Below the pieces are notes generated by a model. It had not been told where the DNA came from, made no database searches, and saw only the letters and a program-made list of their open reading frames with translations. A DNA stretch of 64,000 bases from a virus (lineage: Duplodnaviria; Caudoviricetes): the IMG/VR virus record IMGVR_UViG_3300042507_004106. One strand, given 5' to 3'. A program made the translations under genes and the position numbers. This document shows, in pieces, positions 28,449-35,652 of this stretch. Position 1 is the first letter of the stretch, and each line of letters begins with the position of its first letter.

Positions 28449-29024
28449 TTCTAGATTCTTATCAAAAATCATCACATATCGGTGCTTGCGGGAGCGTTCT
28501 TTCCACTCTCCTTCAGCACCTTTTACTTTTCCACGAGAGTGTTTAGTTCCATCTGAATAGTAGAAATCTTTTTTTGGATCTGTAAGACCTGCGTATACAA
28601 AATTGCAAGCGCGGTAAATTGTACCAGCATGAAAATTAGAATCGGCGTAAGATATGATTGCCTTGACTTCAGTATCTTTTCGCAATCGCTTAATCGTTTT
28701 TGAAACGAACCAAGAAGTGATATTATACTCGCTCTGTTGAGTTTGTGGATGAATGCAGAGTCTTGAGAGTTCGAAAAGTCCTTGTTGCTCATTTCTTTCA
28801 AGCCCAAATGCTCCCTTTGCAATTTCAGGAACTGGAAGACCTGTGAAGATGCATACACCAACAGGTCCTCCAATATTTAGAGGAGAGAAATCATTTTTCT
28901 CAAACAAACCGTAATTATATCCTGACTTATATCCTTTGGAAAAATCTTTAAGATAGTGATAAGTCAGTAGGAGATCTTCTGCCTGCTTTTTTGTGATTCG
29001 GTCAATATAATAGTCAGATTTCAT
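28434..29024 (-). CDS. Mom-like (GNAT-fold) DNA modification enzyme
   Basis: HYL...ELSRLC...SWFVSK...IISYAD...HAGTIYRACNFVYAG, the pattern of the Mu Mom family. Confidence 0.75.
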   Translation of the reverse strand: MKSDYYIDRITKKQAEDLLLTYHYLKDFSKGYKSGYNYGLFEKNDFSPLNIGGPVGVCIFTGLPVPEIAKGAFGLERNEQQGLFELSRLCIHPQTQQSEYNITSWFVSKTIKRLRKDTEVKAIISYADSNFHAGTIYRACNFVYAGLTDPKKDFYYSDGTKHSRGKVKGAEGEWKERSRKHRYVMIFDKNLELKWI

Positions 29025-29050
29025 AAAAAAGGGGAGACCTTGCCTCCCCT
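29025..29050 (-). terminator. Rho-independent terminator after gp32
   Basis: AGGGGAG-GCAAGGT-CTCCCCT followed by a U-tract. Confidence 0.75.
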
Positions 29051-29066
29051 GTATTATAGCACAGAA

Positions 29067-29987
29067 TCAGTCTTCGGCAAGTTTGGCAAAGTAACTGAGA
29101 GCGTCATCATCCTCATCTTCCTCAACCGCAGCACGGCGAGTAGGTTGGAGATTGTTGAGTTCGCTACGAAGATCAGCATCGAGTTCCTTCACAGGACCAC
29201 GGGTGTATTCTTCTTCACTCTCAACTTCTTCATCTACACGGTGAGAACCTTTGGAACCAAGCACATAGTCAAGACGCTTCTTCAGTTCATCATAAGACTT
29301 GAACTGATCAGCAGAAACGAGTTCAGCAAGAGAATATTGCTTCTTCCAAATTGCTTCCATTGCGTCATCATCGTCCAGAAGAGGAGAAGGATTTGCAAAC
29401 TCACTGGAATCATAATTACGATAACCAGCAACGTTCTTTGCCTTCAGTTTGAAGTTAGCACCTTGCCAAAAATCAAACGGATCAATCGCTTCTTCGTCTT
29501 CAAACTCTGGTTGCATTGCAGCAGTCAGTTTGTCGAAGATCTTTTTACCATACTTGAACAAGAAGACCTTACCTTCGTTAGAAGGGTTAGCAGGATCCTT
29601 CACCACATAAATGTTAGACACATAAGTCAGTTTACGCTTTTGCTTACGGGCAAGTTCCTTACCAGCATCAGTGCCGTTGTTCCACAGTTCGGAGTTCAGT
29701 TCAGACACAGGATCCTTCTGACCCAGAGTAGTCAGAGAGTTCTCAATATACCAACCACCAGGACCTTGGAATGCGTGACTGTAGAGTTTCACGAACGGAA
29801 GGTCCTCACCATTCGGAGCGGGAAGGAAACGGATAACGGCATAACCATTGCCGCTCTTATCTACATCCAGTTTCCATACGCGGTCATCACTAGAACCGCT
29901 ACTTGTATTCATTTTTTCAACTTCTTTGACCAGCTTGGCAGTAAGATTGCCAAGTTTGGACTGCTTTTTAAGGTCGGAAAACGACAT
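29067..29987 (-). CDS. gp32: Single-stranded DNA-binding protein gp32
   Basis: GNGYAVIRFLPA...HAFQGPGGWYIENSLTT...FDFWQGANFKLK...NYDSSEF; acidic tail. Confidence 0.95.
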   Translation of the reverse strand: MSFSDLKKQSKLGNLTAKLVKEVEKMNTSSGSSDDRVWKLDVDKSGNGYAVIRFLPAPNGEDLPFVKLYSHAFQGPGGWYIENSLTTLGQKDPVSELNSELWNNGTDAGKELARKQKRKLTYVSNIYVVKDPANPSNEGKVFLFKYGKKIFDKLTAAMQPEFEDEEAIDPFDFWQGANFKLKAKNVAGYRNYDSSEFANPSPLLDDDDAMEAIWKKQYSLAELVSADQFKSYDELKKRLDYVLGSKGSHRVDEEVESEEEYTRGPVKELDADLRSELNNLQPTRRAAVEEDEDDDALSYFAKLAED

Positions 29988-29989
29988 TT

Positions 29990-30059
29990 GGATTACCTCG
30001 GATTAATTGGATTCGGGGGATTACTTGGATATTATAGCAGGGATGACCTCAGCGGTCAA
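29990..30059 (-). promoter_or_regulatory. gp32 promoter (TTGACC-N17-TATAAT) and leader with periodic AATCC repeats
   Basis: Boxes at 30054-30059 and 30031-30036; (A/T)ATCC units at 29990, 30000, 30009, 30018, 30027. Confidence 0.7.
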
Positions 30060-30381
30060 CATACTGCTTTAGAGATTCGATTGTTTTGTCCATACTCTTG
30101 AACAGGATGCTCATATCAGTCTCTGGTGGAAAACCCATCAGGGCAACTGACTTGCGAAGATTCTCTTTCATCTCAACCGCTTGTGGGTCATCAGAAAGAG
30201 ACAGACGTGTATACATCACACGCTGCTTTTCAAGAAGAACCTGTAGTTTTTCAATATGTTCCAGTTTTGTTTCGCGGTCCATCATACCAAAAGTGAGAAT
30301 ACTTCCATAAATCTCTTCTTGTATCTTATTGATTTCTTTCAGTTCTTCTTGAATAATATCAGAATCGAAAAAGCTACTCAT
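30049..30381 (-). CDS. Conserved cyanophage/cyanobacterial hypothetical protein (DUF1825-like)
   Basis: MSSFFDSDIIQEEL...LLEKQRVMYTRLSLSDDP.A; position between gp59 and gp32. Confidence 0.75.
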   Translation of the reverse strand: MSSFFDSDIIQEELKEINKIQEEIYGSILTFGMMDRETKLEHIEKLQVLLEKQRVMYTRLSLSDDPQAVEMKENLRKSVALMGFPPETDMSILFKSMDKTIESLKQYVDR

Positions 30382-30970
30382 TTATAATGTCCCGTAAAAT
30401 TTTTTTAAACTGGAATACATCAATATTTAGAAACGGCATATATTTTTTAACTTTTAAACTGACGGTTTCCCACACTGGATCCAAAAGTTTTTTATCAAAG
30501 TCCTTTGAAAAATGAAATATTTTTTCGTAGATTGTTAAAGTTTCTAAGGATAACTGCCCGCTTAGAAACTTTTTGAGGACTGGTGGATGCCCTTTGGAAC
30601 AATTCAAGGCATCCTGTAATTTTGTCTCCAAGAAGAATTCGTTGCTTTGCTCTTTGAATAAGTAAGTCAAACTCTGTTGTCTCCGCATCCAATCTGCGTA
30701 AGTTCTTTCTCCAGAATTGATAATTTCTCCAATCCATAAGTTTTGCGGGTTATCTGTGGATACAAAGTTTGATACTAAAAAATCTACGACTTCTTTATCA
30801 TTATACTTGCGACTCGTTTTTTCAAACCAGTATTTGTCCTTTCTTTTATTGAAGGATGTAATACTGGCACGAGTCTTCGCACCGTATTTAAAGAAGTCGT
30901 ATTTTGGATTTGTGAAATGATTTTTAAGTGACAAATAATGCTGATAAGTTTCAAAAGGAGTCACGATCAT
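30374..30970 (-). CDS. gp59: Helicase loader gp59
   Basis: Start revised to MIVTPFETYQHYLSLKNHF; YDFFKY...FNKRKDKYWF. Confidence 0.88.
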   Translation of the reverse strand: MIVTPFETYQHYLSLKNHFTNPKYDFFKYGAKTRASITSFNKRKDKYWFEKTSRKYNDKEVVDFLVSNFVSTDNPQNLWIGEIINSGERTYADWMRRQQSLTYLFKEQSNEFFLETKLQDALNCSKGHPPVLKKFLSGQLSLETLTIYEKIFHFSKDFDKKLLDPVWETVSLKVKKYMPFLNIDVFQFKKILRDIINE

Positions 30971-31227
30971 AAAGGAAGTTTTGCTCTTGATGTTTTTTTC
31001 ATGAAGTTGAGACGGATAGCATCCCACTTCAGACGTTCTTTCAAAGGTTTTGAAATGAGTTTTGTAACTGATTCTACCTCAAGACTATTGATTTCACAAT
31101 AGTGAACAATTGCATCAATGTAATTTAAGTTTTCCTCTGCAACAATCTTTTCAATTTCCAGAGCAAACTTAGAAGGTGTTAGAAACTTATTCTCTATTAC
31201 CTGTTCTAATTCTTTATTTGGTTCCAT
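30967..31227 (-). CDS. gp33: Late transcription coactivator gp33
   Basis: Start revised to MEPNKEL; FALEIEKIV...NYIDAIVHYCE...LKERLKWDAIRLN. Confidence 0.88.
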   Translation of the reverse strand: MEPNKELEQVIENKFLTPSKFALEIEKIVAEENLNYIDAIVHYCEINSLEVESVTKLISKPLKERLKWDAIRLNFMKKTSRAKLPL

Positions 31228-31894
31228 AGAGTTCCAGTTTATCTCCAACAAACTTTCTAATGTATTGGGTGAGCAGTTTGATGTATTTTGTTTTGTCTCT
31301 TTCTTCATAAACGACGCATTCTCCATTTTCGCAAGCCATAATGATTACAAGTTTTTTAATTGAAATACCAGTCAACTCGTATAGCATACATCCGTAAGCC
31401 ATACATTGAACAAAATAATGTTCAATCCATTCTCGTGGTTTTGGTTTTTTAGAAGTCTTAAAGTCAATTATTGCTAATTCGCCATCGTATTCAGCGATAC
31501 AATCAACTGTCCCCGCAATTCCTAATTGCTTACTATATAGGGACCCTTCAAGGGCGTAGATATTATTTATACGATTGAGTTCTGGTTTTGCAATCTTAAA
31601 GAGAAAATCAGAGATTGGTTTAACTTCTGGTAGTTTTTCATTTTTAAGATAATGCTCGGTAAGAGAGTGCATGTCTGTCCCACGACTTGTTGCCGCTTTT
31701 GTAACACGCTCCGCTTCTTCTTCTCCAACTTTTTTACGCCACTTAATAAAAATTTCTTTATTAAAATGACTGGTCACCGATGTGATGGAGACCAGTCGGA
31801 GGAGTTCTTCTGCGGCAGGAACTTTATAATACCTTACACCATCAATTGTTTCACGCTCCAACTGAGGGAGATCAATATCAATATGATTAAACAT
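31214..31894 (-). CDS. PD-(D/E)XK exonuclease (cyanophage exonuclease A type)
   Basis: SITSV...RGTDMH...AGTVDCIAEYDGELAIIDFKTS...YFVQCMAY. Confidence 0.88.
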   Translation of the reverse strand: MFNHIDIDLPQLERETIDGVRYYKVPAAEELLRLVSITSVTSHFNKEIFIKWRKKVGEEEAERVTKAATSRGTDMHSLTEHYLKNEKLPEVKPISDFLFKIAKPELNRINNIYALEGSLYSKQLGIAGTVDCIAEYDGELAIIDFKTSKKPKPREWIEHYFVQCMAYGCMLYELTGISIKKLVIIMACENGECVVYEERDKTKYIKLLTQYIRKFVGDKLELYGTK

Positions 31895-32646
31895 TAAAAA
31901 CCAGCTTCCATTTTAGCAAGAATGTATTCTTTGACTAGTCCAGAACGAACAATATCGTCAACACCAAACTCAATTATATCAAAAGAAGGCATTTTACGCA
32001 ATACCGTCATAAAATCAATAATACCATTACGTTCATTTGTTTTCTGCAAATCTGACTGAGATGCGTCACCGCAGAAACAAATTCTAGTGTTCTCACCAAC
32101 ACGAGTGATAATTGAATCTAATTCGTGGAAATTTAGATTCTGGAATTCATCAACAATAATGATTGCGTTATCAAGAGTTGTTCCGCGAAGGAACGAAGTA
32201 GACCAGAACTTGATTGTTTCTTGTGATTTAAGATTTCCATAGAGCATCTCAAACTCCGAATCACTAGACATTTGGAACATATACTTCACCATATTCTTAT
32301 AAGGAATCTGGTAAATATCTGCCTTATCGTCGTGAGTTCCAGGAAGGAAACCAATTTCTCTTGTAGCAACTAGAGAACGAACCAAGTAGATTTTTTCGTA
32401 GGGAGTTCTTTCATCAAGGACATCTTTTAAAGCATTATATAATGTAATAAAAGTTTTGCCTGTTCCAGCGCAACCGTAAGCAATCAAATGTTTTTGTTCT
32501 TTATAAGAATTGAATAACTTTTTTTGATTCTCTGTAAGTGGTTCAATATCGATGAGATATTCAGAACTCAGTGGTTTTTTACGCTTCATTTGACGAGTTG
32601 TAAGACCAACCCCGATTGGTTGTTCTGCTCTTTTTCTTCTTGCCAT
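31894..32646 (-). CDS. phoH: PhoH-family ATPase
   Basis: GCAGTGKT, REIGFLPG, SFLRGTTL, IIVDEFQN, FCGDASQSDL, DIVRSGLV. Confidence 0.95.
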   Translation of the reverse strand: MARRKRAEQPIGVGLTTRQMKRKKPLSSEYLIDIEPLTENQKKLFNSYKEQKHLIAYGCAGTGKTFITLYNALKDVLDERTPYEKIYLVRSLVATREIGFLPGTHDDKADIYQIPYKNMVKYMFQMSSDSEFEMLYGNLKSQETIKFWSTSFLRGTTLDNAIIIVDEFQNLNFHELDSIITRVGENTRICFCGDASQSDLQKTNERNGIIDFMTVLRKMPSFDIIEFGVDDIVRSGLVKEYILAKMEAGF

Positions 32647-32652
32647 AAGTGG

Positions 32653-32901
32653 TTATAGTTTTTTTACAGTTGATCCAGGTGCTTTGCTTGCTTTAGAAAG
32701 TACTTCATTCCACGAAGGGTGCTTAGAGGTTAATTTGTTCCTCCAATCTCCGACTTCTTGAGCGGCAGCACACCCTTTACTCCAATCTTTATCCCAGTCC
32801 GGATTATCTTTTCTCCACTGGTCGTAATCGGCAATAGTCATGCTCAATTCTTTTTCTTCACCCGTTTTAAGGTTTTTAACTGGATATAAAGGCATTTTCA
32901 A
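32653..32901 (-). CDS. Conserved cyanomyophage hypothetical protein
   Basis: MPLYPVKNLKTGE...W.K.NPDW; upstream of phoH with an AATAAATA promoter. Confidence 0.75.
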   Translation of the reverse strand: MKMPLYPVKNLKTGEEKELSMTIADYDQWRKDNPDWDKDWSKGCAAAQEVGDWRNKLTSKHPSWNEVLSKASKAPGSTVKKL

Positions 32902-32918
32902 AAGTTTTGTATAAAAAA

Positions 32919-33566
32919 TTATTTATTGGTATTTCTAGCAAAGGTTCTTCCTCTTCGCCATCCTTCAGGAACTTTAAAGTCTTTAAAAACATATTTACTT
33001 TGAATACCATCAGTAATCCACATCATAACACTTTTTCCACTATTCCAAGATTTTTTACCATACATATGATTTTTTTCTCCAAGTTGCCTCTCACTCATTT
33101 TTTTCTTCGCTTCCTCAGTATGCCTTTTTCCATACATATGGTTTTTTTCTCCACATCTACCATACATATGATTTTTTTCTCCTTTTTGACGGTTACTGAA
33201 CATTTCTAAAACTTCCTTTGTGTGCTTATACCCATAGGCAGGATGCTGTACGCCAATTTTACCATACATTGGATTATTTTTACCATATGAAGAATGATAA
33301 AACTTTTTAGAAGTTTGTTTTGCTCTATTCGCAAAATGAGGATTTTTATCTACTTCATAAAAATGGTGAAGAATACATTCTGTTTCCAACGCTTCTTCTA
33401 GGTTATCAAAAGTTTCTAAAATAATCTTTTGAGTTGGACTAAAAGATTTATCTTTAAAACTTCCAAAGTAATTTACATCTTCTTCTGGAAGGCATTTGCA
33501 TTCTCTTTTTCCAATATAACCCCTCCCGTATTCCTCGTAGGAATAATACACATAAAAGTGTTTCAT
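32919..33566 (-). mobile_element. Free-standing GIY-YIG homing endonuclease with NUMOD3 repeats
   Basis: FYVYYSY...GYIGKR...YFGS...E...N; three GEKNHMYG repeats. Confidence 0.85.
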
Positions 33567-33572
33567 ACTACT

Positions 33573-33655
33573 CTTGACTTGGTGACACTGTTATTTATGT
33601 TAAAAGGAGACATTGCTGCCTCCTCATTTTACCTGAAATGTGTCACCAAGTCAAG
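33573..33655 (-). promoter_or_regulatory. 16-bp inverted repeat enclosing a terminator-like hairpin, a sigma70-type promoter and a late promoter
   Basis: CTTGACTTGGTGACAC (33573-33588) / GTGTCACCAAGTCAAG (33640-33655); TTGACT-N17-TAAAAT (33626-33654); hairpin 33602-33624; CATAAATA 33592-33599. Confidence 0.75.
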
Positions 33656-33665
33656 GCAATATTAT

Positions 33666-34316
33666 TTAGATAACCCATTCTGCTTCACCACCAAGTGCTT
33701 CATAACAAATAGGGAACTGTTCAGCAAAAACTGCTTTACACGCCTTTGCAATATCCATATGCTCTCGCTGAGTTCCTGACTTTTCGCGGAGAGCAATATA
33801 GGTTATCCATGACCTGCAAGAGCCACTCATATAGATACGTGTGGGCGTCGCTAAGGGCAATACAAACCTTGCACACTCCTTTGCTACCCCCGCCTCTAGA
33901 AGACGCTTGTAGAGGGCGTTAGCGGCGGCAAAATGCTCAGAGATTTCTCCCTGGAGTTTCAGTTTGACGTAATCGGGAATATCATCAATTGAGTTCTGAC
34001 GATTCTTAGTATCTTGACGACGAAGATCTGGAATGGGAATGTATTCAGTCAGAAGATTTGTATCGGCATAGCGTTGCGAAAATTCTTGATATGTAAAGCT
34101 CCTATGACGAAGAATTTGTGCCGCAATACCACGGTTTGTTTCAATCTCAAGAGTCATAAATGCCTGCTCAAATACAGACCAATGATTATGCTTGATGCAA
34201 TAACGAAGCAACCCCGCATAGTTTTCATTATCTTGGTTACTAGGATTAGAGACTCTAGCAACATACGCCATTGTCTTTTCTGCATCGGGAGTAACACTAA
34301 TGAGTTTTACAGTCAT
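33666..34316 (-). CDS. thyX: Flavin-dependent thymidylate synthase ThyX
   Basis: HWSVFE, RGIAAQILRHRSFTYQEFSQRY, ECARFVLP motifs. Confidence 0.96.
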   Translation of the reverse strand: MTVKLISVTPDAEKTMAYVARVSNPSNQDNENYAGLLRYCIKHNHWSVFEQAFMTLEIETNRGIAAQILRHRSFTYQEFSQRYADTNLLTEYIPIPDLRRQDTKNRQNSIDDIPDYVKLKLQGEISEHFAAANALYKRLLEAGVAKECARFVLPLATPTRIYMSGSCRSWITYIALREKSGTQREHMDIAKACKAVFAEQFPICYEALGGEAEWVI

Positions 34317-34486
34317 TTTTTTCCAAATCCTTTTGATGTTTGTGCTTCTAGTTCTTTTATTTGCTCCTTTACCGCACGGAGTTGTGCCTTCATTTCTTGA
34401 ATTTTATCATCATTATAAAGATGATCTTGCTTGATCAGTCTCTCAAGAAGTTTTACAAGTTTCTTTGCTCTTGATGTATCAGTCAT
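34313..34486 (-). CDS. Small coiled-coil hypothetical protein (57 aa)
   Basis: MTDTSRAKKLVKLLERLIKQDHLY...; ATGA coupling to thyX. Confidence 0.65.
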   Translation of the reverse strand: MTDTSRAKKLVKLLERLIKQDHLYNDDKIQEMKAQLRAVKEQIKELEAQTSKGFGKK

Positions 34487-34652
34487 CTAAATCCGAATCC
34501 TCAAAAATTTCATCGTAATCTAAAAGTGGTCTTTTTCTCACATCTGGTTCTGTATGTTTGTAAGCAGAAATATCAGAATAAACTTCTGCTTTCAGAGAAT
34601 CAACCAATAGTTCAAGATTACGAACGATGAGTTTTAGTTTGTCTTTGTCCAT
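34479..34652 (-). CDS. Small hypothetical protein (MDKDKLKLIVRNLELLVDSLKAEVYSD, 57 aa)
   Basis: Read manually; TG-n-TAAAAT box upstream. Confidence 0.7.
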   Translation of the reverse strand: MDKDKLKLIVRNLELLVDSLKAEVYSDISAYKHTEPDVRKRPLLDYDEIFEDSDLDD

Positions 34653-34683
34653 AAGATACCATTCTCTCTCAGGATTTTAGCAT

Positions 34684-34712
34684 AAAAAAAGGAGGGGATC
34701 AACCCTCCTTTT
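34684..34712 (-). terminator. Rho-independent terminator closing the peptide operon
   Basis: AAGGAGGG/CCCTCCTT stem followed by a U-tract. Confidence 0.75.
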
Positions 34713-34715
34713 GAT

Positions 34716-34799
34716 TTACTTATAAATCCACTGGATATACAGTGATAATAAAGTAATAAAAGTAGCAGACGCAACTGTAATTTGTGCGATGATTAACAT
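34716..34799 (-). CDS. 27-aa hydrophobic single-TM peptide
   Basis: MLIIAQITVASATFITLLSLYIQWIYK; TGATG coupling. Confidence 0.55.
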   Translation of the reverse strand: MLIIAQITVASATFITLLSLYIQWIYK

Positions 34800-34894
34800 C
34801 ACTTTGCCCCTGCGTTTACAAGCAGTGCTTGATGACGACGATTCTCTTTCTGCTTTTGCTCTTTGATGAGTTGAAGCACATTGAGTTTTTTCAT
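34799..34894 (-). CDS. 31-aa basic peptide, possibly a GS inactivating factor (IF7)-like core
   Basis: MKKLNVLQLIKEQKQKENRRHQALLVNAGAK; TGATG coupling; GGAGG upstream. Confidence 0.55.
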   Translation of the reverse strand: MKKLNVLQLIKEQKQKENRRHQALLVNAGAK

Positions 34895-35031
34895 CACTTA
34901 TGACCCTCCTTTACAAACTTAACACCACGATAGGTTTCGTTGTATTGTTGGGGTTGTTGCATCATTTGCTGTTGATACTCAAGACGCTTTTGAGTATCAT
35001 ACTCTACGCCTCTGTATACGACTTTAGACAT
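34894..35031 (-). CDS. 45-aa DUF4278-like peptide with two YRGV motifs, Gln-rich
   Basis: MSKVVYRGVEYDTQKRLEYQQQMMQQPQQYNETYRGVKFVKEGHK; AAGGAG RBS. Confidence 0.8.
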   Translation of the reverse strand: MSKVVYRGVEYDTQKRLEYQQQMMQQPQQYNETYRGVKFVKEGHK

Positions 35032-35063
35032 TAGGTTTTCTCCTTAGTTTTTTAAGTTAAAGA

Positions 35064-35163
35064 GCGTTCCTTCAGTCGGCGTTTGCGTTCGCTATTTGCG
35101 AATAGCGAATGAACGATCCGTTCCGCGTCGGCTTACTTCCGTCAGAGTTTTCTCTGATGAACG
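35064..35163 (-). ncRNA. Glutamine riboswitch (glnA/Downstream-peptide family), tandem or nested aptamer
   Basis: Two CGTTCAT-hairpin-...GCCGAC...GGAACG units; glnA E-loop strands GGAAGTAAG and CTGAAG present; lies 5' of a YRGV peptide. Confidence 0.8.
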
Positions 35164-35170
35164 TAAGGTC

Positions 35171-35199
35171 ATTATAGACCTTTTCAAGGTATATATCAA
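35171..35199 (-). promoter_or_regulatory. Sigma70-type promoter TTGATA-N17-TATAAT; predicted start just before the riboswitch
   Basis: Predicted +1 near 35164, one nucleotide before the first CGTTC. Confidence 0.7.
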
Positions 35200-35200
35200 T

Positions 35201-35230
35201 ATAAAATTGTATAATCTGTTACAATTTTAT
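35201..35230. promoter_or_regulatory. NtcA binding site (TGTA-N8-TACA) within an 11-bp perfect inverted repeat
   Basis: ATAAAATTGTA-TAATCTGT-TACAATTTTAT. Confidence 0.75.
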
Positions 35231-35245
35231 AAAATCTTAAGAGTC

Positions 35246-35277
35246 AAAAAAATTGCCGGGATTTTTTCCCAGCAATT
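35246..35277 (-). terminator. Rho-independent terminator upstream of the NtcA/riboswitch unit
   Basis: AATTGCTGGGA/TCCCGGCAATT stem followed by a U-tract. Confidence 0.75.
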
Positions 35278-35283
35278 TGTAAA

Positions 35284-35652
35284 CTATTTTCTCTTTTTCT
35301 TTTCGGGAGATTTATAACCCCAGAGTTTTGGATTGACTCTCCCATAACCAAAGTCAATACTCTTTAGATTCCCACGAAACTTATCCCAATACATATCAAA
35401 CAGTTTGATTCTTCCGCCACGAGTAAGGTCAAAACAAATCTTATCATCAATCATATACTTAATAATATAGGCATCATTGGGTGCATCTTTCGTGCAGACT
35501 TCAGCATAGGTCCCACCTTCAATCAGAATCTCACAACCGTAGCGTGACTTACAAGTTTCCTTTTCTGCGGGTGTCCAAGAATCCATATGCTTTTCTTTAT
35601 TTTGTGCTTTTTCAATTACATCACCAAGTTGACTCACGAACGACCTCCCCAC
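35284..35652 (-). CDS. Conserved cyanomyophage hypothetical protein (start uncertain)
   Basis: ORF track; alternative starts at GTG ~35637 or ATG 35586. Confidence 0.7.
   Translation of the reverse strand: MGRSFVSQLGDVIEKAQNKEKHMDSWTPAEKETCKSRYGCEILIEGGTYAEVCTKDAPNDAYIIKYMIDDKICFDLTRGGRIKLFDMYWDKFRGNLKSIDFGYGRVNPKLWGYKSPEKKKRK

Noticed and set aside
29040-30101. 353-aa + strand ORF antisense to gp32
   Set aside because: Shadow of a strongly biased, conserved gene; no recognisable motifs.
33666-34316. Intron or intein in thyX or other core genes
   Set aside because: ORFs are continuous and of expected length; no splicing-element motifs seen. The endonucleases are free-standing.
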